Source of the DNA: Planctomycetota bacterium
GTDB taxonomy: Bacteria > Planctomycetota > OFTM77
Direction: 5' to 3'
DNA length: 64,000 nt
Assembly: GCA_040219065.1 (NCBI GenBank)
Contig: JAVJTD010000477.1
Location: forward strand, 1,520-65,519
Both the position numbers and the translations under genes were made by a program. Within the stretch, counting starts at the first letter, position 1. Each line of letters starts with the position of its first letter. The notes under the pieces were generated by a model that was not told the origin of the DNA, searched no databases, and saw nothing but the letters and a program-made list of their open reading frames with translations. Positions 26,367 to 36,769 of this stretch are shown in pieces.

Positions 26367-28214
26367 TCACTGGGTGACGATCGATCGCGTCTCGGCGACG
26401 GACACGAGTGCCGGTGTGATCAGATCGAGCGAGACGCCTGAGTAGTAGACCTTCAGCCCGATGGGGGCAGAAGGCGGAACGCCGACCGCGGCCGTCGTGC
26501 CTGATGAGCAGGGCGCTCCTGCCAATGTCACCTGGCGAACCGGCGATGGCAGGGCCCACCAGAGATTGAATAAGGCGTCGGCGTCGAGATCCTTCCGGCG
26601 ACCGAAGTTCATCGGCACGGGAATCGGCAACCCGCCGGTCGCGCTGCCATCACCCAAGCTCAGCTCGAGAAGCGCGAGGAACCCTCCCTGCGCTGAGCCG
26701 GCCTCGGCCGTGGCGTCGATCGGAGGACCGCCGACGATGGCGGGTCCATTGATTTGCCAGGAGAGTCCCGCCTCGTCCGCTCCCTGATCGACCGTCCCGA
26801 TCCGGCGGAGATCGCGACCCTCATGGTCCAGGTCGGGCAGGGGAGCTCCTGGCGTGTTCGTGCCGGCATCGACGCTGGGCGAGTTGCAGGCGATGCGGAA
26901 GTCTCCGGCATTCGCATCGAGGTAGAGCGGGTCGGCGTCGATGTTGCCGATCCCGGCGAAACCGCCTCGCACGTTGGAGAACTCGATGAAGAGCACACCG
27001 CCATCAGCGGTCTCGGTCTCGAGGCTGGAGGCGCCTCGCACGATCGAGTTCCGGATGGTGGCCTGGGCGAGCAGCCCGACGAAGACGCTGCCGGATCCGA
27101 AGAGGAAGGGCCCCTCCGCGCCGATGTTCTCGGCGAGGGTGTTGTTGGAGAGGATCGGCTGCGTGCCAGCACCGAAGAGCCACAAGCCGCCGCCGGTCGT
27201 CGCGGAGTTGTGATCGATGATGTTGTTGACCACGTGGGGAGAGCCCGAGAGGATCCCGAGGCCGCCTCCTTGGCTGCCGCCGGTATTGCGCGAGATCAGA
27301 TTACCCTCGACGACCGGGGAGCTTCGCAAGCAGAGCAGCCCGCCAGTGCCGAAGAGGCCGGTGTTGTTTCGGATGACATTGCGGCGGATGGTCGACGCGC
27401 TCTGACAAGTGACACCGCCCGAGGAGCCGGCCGCGTTGAAAAGGATCTCGTTGTCCTCGACGATTGTGAGCGAGGTCGTGTCGATGTAAAGGCCGCCGGC
27501 GGTCGAGCCGGTCGTGGGCAGTGAAATGCCGTTGCCGCGAATCGTGTTGCTGCGGATGGTCGCATCGGTCCCGACCAAGAGGATGCCACCTCCCTTCGAG
27601 GTCGCTCCCATGTCATTGGACTCGATCCGATTACCTTCGATGTGGAGCGTCGAGCTCTGACCGGAGATACCGGCGCCGCCGGAGTAGGAGTAGTTATCGC
27701 GGATCTCGTTGTCGATGATCCGGACGACGCTGCCATCGAGGCAACGAACGCCACCGCCGTTGTTGCCGGTGATCGTGTTCGAGCGAATCGTCGGCGACGC
27801 GCCAGCTCGGCTCTCGATGCCGACGAACCCAAAGGGCGCCGGTTGGCTCGAGGTGATGGTGAAGCCCTCGAGGCTCGTGTCCGGTCCTTCGCCATTCGAG
27901 AAGAGCACGGCGGCGCCGGTCGTGCCGCCGTTGATCGTGGTGACACTGGGGCCGAGGGTGCTGCGGACCAAGATGCTCTTGCCCGAGAAGTCGATGTTCT
28001 CGAAGTAGGTCCCGGGCGCAACCACGACCTCGTCGCCGTCAGAGGCGGCATCGATACCAGCCTGAATGGTACAGAAGGGATCGAGGGGGCTTCCAGAGCC
28101 CGGGCAGCTCGGGTTGCTCTGGTCCACATGAATGACCTGGCCGGCCCAAGTCGAACCGATCAACAGAGTCCAGCAAAGAGCCGCGTGAAAGGGCCGCTTG
28201 TACAGGATTCTCAT
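26367..28214 (-). CDS. Secreted right-handed parallel beta-helix repeat protein (pectate-lyase fold, DUF1565-like N-terminal cap), 615 aa
   Basis: Signal peptide, then PLDPFCTIQAGIDAASDGDEVVVAPGTYFENIDF (canonical beta-helix cap) and long runs of G/N/S/T-rich 22-25 aa coils (NNTIRGN..., IRRNVIRNN...). Confidence 0.8.
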   Translation of the reverse strand: MRILYKRPFHAALCWTLLIGSTWAGQVIHVDQSNPSCPGSGSPLDPFCTIQAGIDAASDGDEVVVAPGTYFENIDFSGKSILVRSTLGPSVTTINGGTTGAAVLFSNGEGPDTSLEGFTITSSQPAPFGFVGIESRAGASPTIRSNTITGNNGGGVRCLDGSVVRIIDNEIRDNYSYSGGAGISGQSSTLHIEGNRIESNDMGATSKGGGILLVGTDATIRSNTIRGNGISLPTTGSTAGGLYIDTTSLTIVEDNEILFNAAGSSGGVTCQSASTIRRNVIRNNTGLFGTGGLLCLRSSPVVEGNLISRNTGGSQGGGLGILSGSPHVVNNIIDHNSATTGGGLWLFGAGTQPILSNNTLAENIGAEGPFLFGSGSVFVGLLAQATIRNSIVRGASSLETETADGGVLFIEFSNVRGGFAGIGNIDADPLYLDANAGDFRIACNSPSVDAGTNTPGAPLPDLDHEGRDLRRIGTVDQGADEAGLSWQINGPAIVGGPPIDATAEAGSAQGGFLALLELSLGDGSATGGLPIPVPMNFGRRKDLDADALFNLWWALPSPVRQVTLAGAPCSSGTTAAVGVPPSAPIGLKVYYSGVSLDLITPALVSVAETRSIVTQ

Positions 28215-28478
28215 GACAGAGAATCTCCTCGTGAAATGGGTGGGAGAAGAATCCGCGGCTCCACCCCAAAGGGGTACTTTCCTCTCTGGAACGACCCGAC
28301 TGTACAGAGGTCTCGAGAGCGCAGCAACGATGGGAAGGGATTTGCATCGTCGGACCGCGTTGCGGCCGAAGTGCCAACCCAGATGATCCCGAGGTCACCA
28401 GAACACGAACCAATAGAAACGGGGAGGCCGTTCGGCCTCCCCGTCGAGAGTCAGTGAGTCCGTGTGACTCAGATCAGC

Positions 28479-29468
28479 TTACTGGAGCGAGTCGAGGACA
28501 CCGTTGGTGGCGTTGAGGGCATCGCTCTCGTGGAGCAGGTGACCGACGGCGTAACCGTCCAGCGACTGCGCGAAGGCGCCGACGAAGGCGGGGTCGTCGA
28601 TCATGGCCTCGTTGCCGACCACGTCGATGGCGCGGTCGCCATTGATGCGGGCCCAACCGGTCGTGCCGATCGAGAGACCGTTGGCGCGGCTGTCCACGTT
28701 CGTGGCGCCGAGGAAGCTGTCGGTGAAGACAGCGTCGATGTCGGAGAGCTCGACGAAGGCCCAGCAACGGAACTTGTAGGTCGCGGAGAACTCGTACTCG
28801 TTGTTGTTGTAGACCTTGAAGTCGAGGCGGCTCTCGAAGTCGGAGCTCGGGACGAGGGCGACGAGGATCAGGGTCGAGGTGACGTAGGAGCTGTCCTGAG
28901 CGATGAAGCTCGAGATCATCATCTCGTCAGCGACCTGCTCGTACTCGGCACCGTCGAGGTCCAGCATGCCGTCCTGGTCGAGGTCGGTGTCGGCGCCTTC
29001 GCCGGTGAGGGCCTTGAAGGCGATCGCCTCGAAGCCGTACAGCCAGTTGCCACTGCCGTCAGCGACGATCTCGTCACCGATCAGCCAGTTGTGCGACATC
29101 GGGGCCTGCGTGGTCGGGTTGAGGGCGACCGCGTAGAGGAAGCCGGTCTCGCTGTTCGGGTTGTGGACGCCGGCGAGCACGGTGAAGGTGTCGTTGGGCG
29201 TGAGGCGCTCGAAACGATTGAACTCGGTCCAGTAGTCGCCATCGATGTAGATGAAGTGCACATCGACGACGCCGTTGAGGTTCGTGTTCTGGTTGAAGGA
29301 AGGATCATCCTTGGTGTTCGTGATGCTGATGACCGTGCCGCTTCCCGGATCGGAGTCGTAGGAAGGGTAGATCAGAAGGCTGCCCGGGTTGCGGCCAGCG
29401 GCCTCGGCGATCGGGCCAAAGGCGACCAGAAGCGCGGCGGACGCGAGGATGGTCTTGAGAAAACGCAT
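28479..29468 (-). CDS. Hypothetical secreted protein, 329 aa
   Basis: ATG verified at 29466..29468. Signal peptide MRFLKTILASAALLVAFGPIAEA. Acidic beta-rich sequence, no recognised domain. Confidence 0.55.
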   Translation of the reverse strand: MRFLKTILASAALLVAFGPIAEAAGRNPGSLLIYPSYDSDPGSGTVISITNTKDDPSFNQNTNLNGVVDVHFIYIDGDYWTEFNRFERLTPNDTFTVLAGVHNPNSETGFLYAVALNPTTQAPMSHNWLIGDEIVADGSGNWLYGFEAIAFKALTGEGADTDLDQDGMLDLDGAEYEQVADEMMISSFIAQDSSYVTSTLILVALVPSSDFESRLDFKVYNNNEYEFSATYKFRCWAFVELSDIDAVFTDSFLGATNVDSRANGLSIGTTGWARINGDRAIDVVGNEAMIDDPAFVGAFAQSLDGYAVGHLLHESDALNATNGVLDSLQ

Positions 29469-30102
29469 TGTATTGCCTCCAGTTGTGATGCTTGCACAGG
29501 AATGGTCGTGGTCTCGGAGAGGTGATGACGAGGCGAGCATTCGCTCTATGGGCTCGAGCTTCCAGGCTCGAGTGGGCCTCCAGGCCCTTTGGGAGAGCGC
29601 TCGATCGTCGCGGCCAGGCCTCGCTGGCTCCGTGGCTCCCTTCGATCACGTTTTCTTCCCCAGAGCCTTCGCTCGTTCGTCGAGCTTTGGCTGCTGCTCC
29701 GTTCGATTCACACGCGCGGCCACTCGCAAGGTGGATGCCGGGAGGCCGGATGCACACCCGCTCGAGGTGCCCAGGATCGCGAAAGGCCCCGTCCGACGGG
29801 GCGAATGCGAGCCCACGATTCTCGGAGACACCATCGCCTTCCGCGCCGAGACAACCGCGGACGTCGATCTGGCTCGACGGTGCGTCGCACGAAGTCACCG
29901 TGCCTCACCGCCCTGGATCCTCGACGATCGGTGCAACCTGCACAAGCTGCATTTGAAGTTCTGAGTGAAGCTGGGGCCAGCCACCGGACCGTGCCGGAAG
30001 GCCTCGTCGAAGATTTCAGGGCGGAGGTGACAGCGCCGATGACGCGACCTAGGATGAGGCGCGATTCGGGCTGCCCGTCAGGTGGCCTTCGGGAGGGCAG
30101 CG

Positions 30103-30849
30103 GTGCACCTGCGGATCTTGACGTACAACATTCATCGTGCGATCGGCCTCGATCGGCGGTTTCGACCCGAGCGCATCGTCGAAGTGCTGAAGCATCACGA
30201 CGCCGACATCGTCCTCATGCAGGAGGTCGACGAAGGAGCGCCTCGCTCGCGAGAGCTCGACCTCGCCCGCGAGATCGCCGAAGCCGCCGGATACCCCCAT
30301 CGCGCCGTGGGCCACAACGTCTCCCTGCGCAAGGGACGCTACGGAAACGCGACACTCAGCCGGCATCCGATCGAGCGCGAGCGGAACATCGATCTCACGA
30401 TCGGCCGTCGCAAGCGCCGCGGCTGCCAGCACACGACCATCACACTCGAGAAGCAAGCCGGGCACCCGCACACCCTCGAGGTCTTCAACCTCCATCTGGG
30501 ACTGTCGGCCGCCGAGCGCGAGTTCCAGGTCGGGCGACTGGTGCACTCGGGCGAGTTCCGAGGCCTCGAGGAAGGCACTGCGTGCATCGTCGGCGGCGAC
30601 TTCAATGATTGGCGGTCACTCATCGTCCCGATCTTCACGCGCGTCCTCGGATTCGGGAACGCCGCCAACCTCGCCGGTCAGAGCCGCGACATGAAGACCT
30701 GGCCGTCGTTCTCACCCAGCGGCTCGCTCGACAAGCTCTACTACCGCGGTGGCCTGCGTCTCCTCAAGGCGAGACGCTGTCGGCTCGCCGTGTCCAAGGT
30801 GGCGAGCGATCACCTGCCGATCGTCGCCGAGTTCGACCTCAGCAGCTGA
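30103..30849 (+). CDS. Endonuclease/exonuclease/phosphatase (EEP) family protein, about 248 aa
   Basis: LRILTYNIHRAIG...ADIVLMQEVDEG..., C-terminal SDHLPIVAEFDL. Start chosen at the in-frame GTG 30103 with GGGAGGG 5 nt upstream. The ORF-track start at 30082 is also GTG. Confidence 0.8.
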   Translation: MHLRILTYNIHRAIGLDRRFRPERIVEVLKHHDADIVLMQEVDEGAPRSRELDLAREIAEAAGYPHRAVGHNVSLRKGRYGNATLSRHPIERERNIDLTIGRRKRRGCQHTTITLEKQAGHPHTLEVFNLHLGLSAAEREFQVGRLVHSGEFRGLEEGTACIVGGDFNDWRSLIVPIFTRVLGFGNAANLAGQSRDMKTWPSFSPSGSLDKLYYRGGLRLLKARRCRLAVSKVASDHLPIVAEFDLSS

Positions 30850-30866
30850 ACCACTGGAGCCTTCGC

Positions 30867-31190
30867 ATGCGACGCCTCGCCCTGCTGCTCATCGTCCCTT
30901 GGCTCACGGCCTGCAACCTGACCTTCGAGGCTCCGGTCATTCCACCGACCGGATTCGCCTACAGCAGCATTCGGGCGCCGCTCGACACCGACCTCGATGA
31001 GACGGAGCTGGGCGACAAGGTAGGGCGGGCGACGACGCGCGTCGTGCTCGGGCTGGTCTCGTGGGGCGATGCGAGCATCGAGGCCGCGGCGAAGGAGGCC
31101 GGCATCACGACCCTGCGCCACGCGGACTACGAGTACGACAACATACTCTTCTTCTATCAGCGCTTCACGGTGATCGTGTATGGCGATTGA
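30867..31190 (+). CDS. TRL-like family lipoprotein, 107 aa
   Basis: Lipobox LTAC. Motif VLGLVSWGDASIEAAAKEAGITTLRHADYEYDNILFFYQRFTVIVYG typical of the TRL-like family. 17 nt after the EEP gene. Confidence 0.65.
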   Translation: MRRLALLLIVPWLTACNLTFEAPVIPPTGFAYSSIRAPLDTDLDETELGDKVGRATTRVVLGLVSWGDASIEAAAKEAGITTLRHADYEYDNILFFYQRFTVIVYGD

Positions 31191-31566
31191 GTGGATTCGG
31201 AAGCTCGCGGGGATCGCGGTCCTCATGACCGCGGCCTGCGAGTCCCTGCCCGATCTTCCGGTCCGTGCGCCGACCGGTGCCTTGGTCGCGATCCAGAGCG
31301 GCCCGCTCACGACGCACTTCCACGAGACGAAGGTGGGCGGCCGCGCGGCGACGGCGAAGACGTTCTTCCTGCGCGAGCCCTTGCTGCGCACGACCTGGGC
31401 CTTCGGCGACGCGAGCATCGAAGCCGCCGCCAAGGCCGGCAAGCTCGAGCGGATCCACTACGCCGATTATCATATGGTCAGCATTCTCGGCGCGGCCGGC
31501 ATCTTCGAAGTGCGCGTCTTCGGCGAGCCGGCCCGCGACTGGGAACCTCAACGCCCGGGTCGCTAA
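31180..31566 (+). CDS. TRL-like family lipoprotein paralog, 128 aa; overlaps the preceding gene by 11 nt
   Basis: Lipobox MTAAC. ...TWAFGDASIEAAAKAGKLERIHYADYHMVSILGAAGIFEVRVFG. ATG at 31180 lies inside the upstream TATGGCGATTGA. Confidence 0.65.
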   Translation: MAIEWIRKLAGIAVLMTAACESLPDLPVRAPTGALVAIQSGPLTTHFHETKVGGRAATAKTFFLREPLLRTTWAFGDASIEAAAKAGKLERIHYADYHMVSILGAAGIFEVRVFGEPARDWEPQRPGR

Positions 31567-31600
31567 TTGGCATCGCCAGGCGGATGCGTCGAAAGAAGCG

Positions 31601-31626
31601 GCGGTGAGAGCCGAAGCCCTCACCGC
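31601..31626. terminator. Hairpin GCGGTGAG-N10-CTCACCGC between convergent genes
   Basis: 8-bp inverted repeat seen directly, 35 nt after the TRL stop and 30 nt after the opposing stop. Confidence 0.45.
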
Positions 31627-31655
31627 CGTCCATCCGAATCGCTGGAATCGGATCT

Positions 31656-33755
31656 CTAACGCTTGAACGTGTAAGTGTAGCCATTCACCGCCGAATCACT
31701 GCCGTGCGGGGTGGTGACGACGACCTCGGCGTCCACAGCCAAACGGCGCGGGCTGCCGGCTTCGGCGGGGGACACCGGCGATGCCGGCACCGTGACTTGC
31801 AGCTCGGTGTCGCTGACGAAGCTGACGGTGCCCGCGGCTCCGCCGAAGGTCACGGCGGTGTCCGGCGTGAAGCCGCTGCCGACGAGTGTGATCGTGTTGC
31901 CACCCGCGCTCGAGCCGCGGTTCGGCGTGATGTTCGTCAGCTTGGGGCGGGGCGTGTATTCGATGGTGTCCGAGAACGAGGCGCTCACGTTGCCCGCAGC
32001 GTCGAAGTAGCGAACGTAGACGGTTTTGGTGCCAGGGGTGGTGTCGCCGCCGAATGTCGAGAGGTCCCAAGCCTCGCGAGTCTCGGAGAAGAAGCCCTGA
32101 TTCGTCCAATCGGAGCCGTCGTTCGAGAACTGGATGTCGGCCAGACCGCTCGCCGGCTCCGTCGCACCCAGGTCGGTGAGCCGGACGATCAGGCCCGGCG
32201 TCGAGGACAGGCCGCTGGCGATTCGAACCGTCCCATTCGTCGGGGCCTCGGTATCGATCCAGAACGGACCGGCGTGGAGGGTGTCTCCCCAATTGCCGCA
32301 GGCATCCACCGCTCGGATATGAAAGTAATGACCATCAATTGAAGTCGGCCGCGTCTCGGAGTAGGCCAGCTCGGTCTCTTCGATCACCTTCACCTCTGGA
32401 GCTTGTGTCGTCGGGCTCTGATCGAAGAGCACCGAGTAGCCGTCCACGCCGCTGATGTCGTCGGTCGCTGCCGTCCAGCTCAACATCACATTGGTCGAAG
32501 AGGACCACACGTCCACGAGGTGGGAGGTCGACTGGAGATTGCCCACGCTGCCAGGAGGCGTCGTGTCTCCATCGGCGTCGAAGAGAATGGCCGAGCCGCT
32601 GCTGTTGATGGGAGCGTCGTCGGAAGCCGCCCCGACGATGGCGTAGCCGTTGGCGATCGAGACGGTCTCGCCGAATCGATCACCGGCCGTGGCGTCGGAG
32701 TCCCTCAGCTTGGAGAGCTCCTGTCCGCTCGTCACGTCGAACACGTAAGCCGATCCGGTTTCATTGCCACCGTCGTCGTCGAGGTACGAGCCGATGATGG
32801 CGAGGCCGCCGCTGAGCGACACGGACACGCCGAAGAGATCAGCTTCCGAGGCGTCGGACGCGCGGAGCTTGAAGAGCTCTTGACCAGTCGAGGCATCGAA
32901 GACGTACGCAGCGCCCGAGCTGTTGCCGTCATCGTCCCGTCCACGGGCTCCGATGAGGGCGGTGCTTCCCTCGAGGGCGACCGCGCTCCCGAAGAGATCA
33001 CTCGAGACGGTATCGGATCCGCTCAGCTTGAGGAGCTCTTGGCCCGTCGTCAGGTCGAACACATAGGCCGCTCCACCAGGATCGTCGCCCGAGGCCCCGA
33101 CGAGGGCGAGATTGCCGGAGATCGCGACAGCGCTTCCGAAGAAGTCCCCCGAGGCCGCATCCGAGGCGGTGAGCTTGAAGAGCTGCTGCCCGGTCGTCAC
33201 GTCGAAGACGTAGGCGGCGCCGGCCTGGTTCGCGACGGCGCGGTCCTGAAACGCCCCGACGATGGCGAGGTTGCCGGAGATCGCGACCGCGTTGCCGAAG
33301 TTCTTGCCGGAATCGGCGTCGGCCGGCGTGAGGTGGAACAGCTCTTGGGCCGTCGCCACGTCGAAGAGGTAGGCCGAGCCCGAACCGCTCGCGCCGGAGT
33401 CCTCCTGGTCGGCGCCGACGATGGCCGTGATCCCATCGATCGCGACCGAGATCCCGAATCGATCACTTGCGCCGGCATTGGAGGCGGTGAGCTTGAAGAG
33501 CTGCTGCCCGGTCGCCACGTCGAAGAGGTAGGCCGAGCCCGAGCCCGATCCGGCGTCATCGTCACTGCTCGACCCGATGATGGCGACACTTCCATCGGTG
33601 TCGACCGCGGTGCCGAAGCGATCGCTGGCTGCGGCGTCCGAAGCCGTCACCTTGAACATCTCGAAAGGCTCGTCTCGGGCGAGGGCCGCTTCCGCCGTCG
33701 ATAGGACCGAGACAACCGACAAGACAGCAGTAGAAAGCCAGCCTGTGAACTTCAT
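31656..33755 (-). CDS. Secreted FG-GAP-like beta-propeller (about 7 x 47-aa repeats) with C-terminal GNW modules and an IPT/TIG domain, 699 aa
   Basis: ATG verified at 33753..33755. Signal peptide MKFTGWLSTAVLSVVSVLSTAEA. Repeats AYxFDVxTGQxLFKLTASDxxxxDxFGxSVAIxGxxAxVGA. C-terminus ...ITPNRGSSAGGNTITLVGSGFT...YTYTFKR. Confidence 0.8.
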   Translation of the reverse strand: MKFTGWLSTAVLSVVSVLSTAEAALARDEPFEMFKVTASDAAASDRFGTAVDTDGSVAIIGSSSDDDAGSGSGSAYLFDVATGQQLFKLTASNAGASDRFGISVAIDGITAIVGADQEDSGASGSGSAYLFDVATAQELFHLTPADADSGKNFGNAVAISGNLAIVGAFQDRAVANQAGAAYVFDVTTGQQLFKLTASDAASGDFFGSAVAISGNLALVGASGDDPGGAAYVFDLTTGQELLKLSGSDTVSSDLFGSAVALEGSTALIGARGRDDDGNSSGAAYVFDASTGQELFKLRASDASEADLFGVSVSLSGGLAIIGSYLDDDGGNETGSAYVFDVTSGQELSKLRDSDATAGDRFGETVSIANGYAIVGAASDDAPINSSGSAILFDADGDTTPPGSVGNLQSTSHLVDVWSSSTNVMLSWTAATDDISGVDGYSVLFDQSPTTQAPEVKVIEETELAYSETRPTSIDGHYFHIRAVDACGNWGDTLHAGPFWIDTEAPTNGTVRIASGLSSTPGLIVRLTDLGATEPASGLADIQFSNDGSDWTNQGFFSETREAWDLSTFGGDTTPGTKTVYVRYFDAAGNVSASFSDTIEYTPRPKLTNITPNRGSSAGGNTITLVGSGFTPDTAVTFGGAAGTVSFVSDTELQVTVPASPVSPAEAGSPRRLAVDAEVVVTTPHGSDSAVNGYTYTFKR

Positions 33756-34126
33756 GGCATCATTCCTTCTTTGTGTGAACCGCGCGATCCGCATCGGGAG
33801 CGCCGCGTTTGTTTCGAATTCGGTCCGGTGGAAGGCTTCGCCCGTCGGGAGGCGCCTCGCCTCCCGTAGTCACACCGCGCCGCTCCATCCGGGGCAACGA
33901 ATTCTCGATCCATCGAGGAGGTCCTTGTCTGCTCGTCGCACGCAATCGGCCGACGACACAAGGCGTTCAGGATGTCCGGGTGTGAGAGCGGATGGAGTCG
34001 GTAGAAGCTCCCCCCGAGCCTCTTGTCCTTCGGAGGTGACGGTGTGACTGCCGGTGACAAGAGGTGCCCGGTGCCACCTCGAGCCGTTGATCAATCCGCT
34101 GGCTCGGTGCCGGGCTAGTATCGAGC

Positions 34127-34170
34127 GTTCAAAAGAAGACGCGCCCGGGACCGATCCGGTCCCGAGCGCG
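34127..34170 (-). terminator. Rho-independent-type terminator of 34220..36301: GCGCCCGGGACCG-ATC-CGGTCCCGAGCGC followed on the minus strand by GTCTTCTTTTG
   Basis: 12-bp imperfect stem plus T-rich tail seen directly. Confidence 0.5.
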
Positions 34171-34219
34171 TTCCGAGGGGGGGGGCTGCGATCGACCTGG
34201 GGAAGAGCCGGTCGTGAGG

Positions 34220-36301
34220 TCAGCGCTTGAACGTGTAGGTGTAGCCGCCGGTCATCGAGTCGCTGCCGTGCGGGGTGGTGACGACGACATCCACGTCGAC
34301 GGCCAAGCGGCGAGGGCTGCCGGAGCCCGATGTCGGGGCGGGGCCGGCGGGGACGACGACCGAGAGCTCGGTGGAGCTGACGTAGGTCGCTTGGCCGAAG
34401 ACGCCTCCGAAGGTCACCGTCATGCCGGGCGTGAAGCCGGTGCCGAAGATCGTGATCGTGTTGCCGCCGAGATTCGAGCCGCGGCTCGGCGTGATGATCT
34501 GGAGCTCGGGAGCCGGAGTGAAGTTGATGGTGTCCGAGAAGACGGCGCTCTCGTTTCCGGCCGCATCATGGAAGCGAACATGAACGGTCTTCGTCCCGGG
34601 ATCCGCGTTGCCACCGAGTGCCGTCAGGTCCCAGCCGCTGCGCGAGGGAGCGTAGACCTCCTCGTTGGACCAGATCTCGCCGTCGTTCGAGAACTGCATG
34701 TCGACCACGCCGCTCTCCTCGTCGAAGGCGTAGAGCGAGTCGAGGCTGACGATCGGGCTGGTCGTCGATGCCGCGCCGCCCGCGATGTCGATCGCTCCGG
34801 TGTTCGGGGCGATGTCATCGATCAGGTAGGGGCCTGCGTGCGTCGAGTCTCCCCAGTTGCCGCAGTTGTCGACCGCTCGAATGTGGAAATAGTAGCCGCT
34901 CGTCGAGCCGCTGAGCACTTCCGAGTAGGTGGTCTCGGTCTCCTCGACAGACTTCGTCGTCGGTGCGTCAGTCGCCGGGCTCTGGTCGAAGAGCACCGAG
35001 TAGCCGTCGACGCCCGACGAGTCGTCGAGCGCGGAGGTCCAGGTCATGTCCACGGTCGTCTGGTTGCTCCAGAGGCTGACCGAGTGCGACGTCGACTGCA
35101 CACCGAAGACCGAGCTCGGCGGTGTCGTGTCGCCTTCGATATCGAAGAGGTAGCCCGAGCCCGAATTGTTGTTCGAGTCGTCGTCGTAGGGGGAGCCGAC
35201 GAGGGCGAGGCGACCGAGGAGAGCGACCGACGAACCGAATTGATCTCCGGCGGCTGTGTCGCTAGCCACGAGCTTGGTGACCTGCTGACCCGTGGTCACG
35301 TCGAAGAGGTAGGCCGCCCCGGCTTGACTACCACCCTGGTCCTCCCAATAGGAGCCGATGATCGCCGCGTCGCCGTCGATGGCGACCGAGTGCCCGAAGA
35401 AGTCGTCGGCCTCGCCGTCGTCAGCCGTGAGCATGAAGAGCTGCTGCCCCGTGGTGACGTCGAAGAGGTAAGCCGAGCCCGACTGGCTGCCGCTCGGGTC
35501 GTCCCAGGCCGCTCCGATGACCGCGATGTTGCCGTCGATCGCCACCGCCCCACCAAAACGATCGCCTCCCGAGGACGGGGCGGTCAGCTTGCGAAGCTGC
35601 TGCCCGGTATCGACGTTGAAGACGTAGGCGGCGTTGTTCCCGTCCGCACCGATGATCGCGGTATTGCCGTCGAGGTCGACGGACCATCCGAAATAGTCGT
35701 TGGCCGAAGCGTCATTGGCGGTGAGCCGGCGGAGCTGTGCTCCGGTCGTCACATCGAAGACGAGCACCGAGCCGGCGTTGGAGTCTCCGTGATGGTCGTC
35801 CTGGGGAATGCCGAGGATCGCCGTATTGCCGCTGATGGCCACCGAGTAGCCGAAGGAATCCGTCGGGGACCCGTTGGACGCCGTCAGCTTGAACAGCTCT
35901 TGCCCGGTCGTCAGGTCGAAGAGGTACGCCGCGCCGGTCTGGTTCTCGTCTCCGCGCGCGCCGATGATCGCGGTGTTACCGTCGAGGTCCACCGAGCACC
36001 CGAAGGCGTCGGTCGCGGCTCCGTCGGAGGCGGTCAGGTGCCACAGCTCCTGCCCAGTGCTGGTGTCGAAGACACGTGCGGCTCCGGTCCGGACGCCGTT
36101 GATCCGGGCGTTGCTGGCCCCGATGACGGCCAGATCGCCATCGAGTGCGGCCGAGATGCCCATCAGGTTGTTGTTGTCGGGGACCGCGGCATTCAACTTC
36201 GTCAGCTCGATCGGCTCGTCGAAGGCGGCGACATGCCCTGCCGTCAGCAGGATCCAGGCGATCGACAGCCCCCAACCGGCGCTTCGGTTCTCCGTCTTCA
36301 T
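34220..36301 (-). CDS. Paralog of 31656..33755: secreted FG-GAP-like propeller plus GNW modules plus IPT/TIG, 693 aa
   Basis: ATG verified at 36299..36301 (MKTENRSAGWGLSIAWILLTAGHVAA). Same repeat architecture. C-terminus ...ITPSRGSNLGGNTITIFGTGFT...YTYTFKR. Confidence 0.8.
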   Translation of the reverse strand: MKTENRSAGWGLSIAWILLTAGHVAAFDEPIELTKLNAAVPDNNNLMGISAALDGDLAVIGASNARINGVRTGAARVFDTSTGQELWHLTASDGAATDAFGCSVDLDGNTAIIGARGDENQTGAAYLFDLTTGQELFKLTASNGSPTDSFGYSVAISGNTAILGIPQDDHHGDSNAGSVLVFDVTTGAQLRRLTANDASANDYFGWSVDLDGNTAIIGADGNNAAYVFNVDTGQQLRKLTAPSSGGDRFGGAVAIDGNIAVIGAAWDDPSGSQSGSAYLFDVTTGQQLFMLTADDGEADDFFGHSVAIDGDAAIIGSYWEDQGGSQAGAAYLFDVTTGQQVTKLVASDTAAGDQFGSSVALLGRLALVGSPYDDDSNNNSGSGYLFDIEGDTTPPSSVFGVQSTSHSVSLWSNQTTVDMTWTSALDDSSGVDGYSVLFDQSPATDAPTTKSVEETETTYSEVLSGSTSGYYFHIRAVDNCGNWGDSTHAGPYLIDDIAPNTGAIDIAGGAASTTSPIVSLDSLYAFDEESGVVDMQFSNDGEIWSNEEVYAPSRSGWDLTALGGNADPGTKTVHVRFHDAAGNESAVFSDTINFTPAPELQIITPSRGSNLGGNTITIFGTGFTPGMTVTFGGVFGQATYVSSTELSVVVPAGPAPTSGSGSPRRLAVDVDVVVTTPHGSDSMTGGYTYTFKR

Positions 36302-36769
36302 ATGGGTATTCCTTCTTCGTCTCATGGGTGATGGGCCGCACCGCGGGCAAGGAGCTGGCAGCGCGCTCGTGGACGCTGATCGTCACGGGCGGCATCGCGA
36401 TCGGCCTCAGTTCATCCCCACTCACACCGGCCCGGGCCGGGCGGGGCAAGGTTTTCGAGGCCATGGGAACGAAAAAAGGACTACCGGGTCTCTCGCTCGC
36501 TTGGTGTATCGTGAGCGATGGGCCTCGCGTCTCGGTCAGGACCGGTCCGAGAAGCCGGGGTCCCCACTGGAGGCACCGCTCCGGGCTTCGACTCCCTCGT
36601 CACCGATCCGAGACGAGCATCCTGATCATCGAAGCGATGTTGCCGAAGCACACCGGGCGACGATGTGGTGACCTGAATCGCGAGGGATCGGCCGCGTCGT
36701 GGCCGGCTCGCGAACTGATGAGTCGACGGTCTGTTGCCGGGCCGGCGCTCGAACCTCGGGAGGGTTCTC

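Noticed and set aside
36302-36769. Small protein-coding gene in the 468-bp divergent region (and in the 613-bp region 29469..30102)
   Set aside because: Only short Arg/Pro-rich ORFs without start-site support. More likely promoter or leader DNA.
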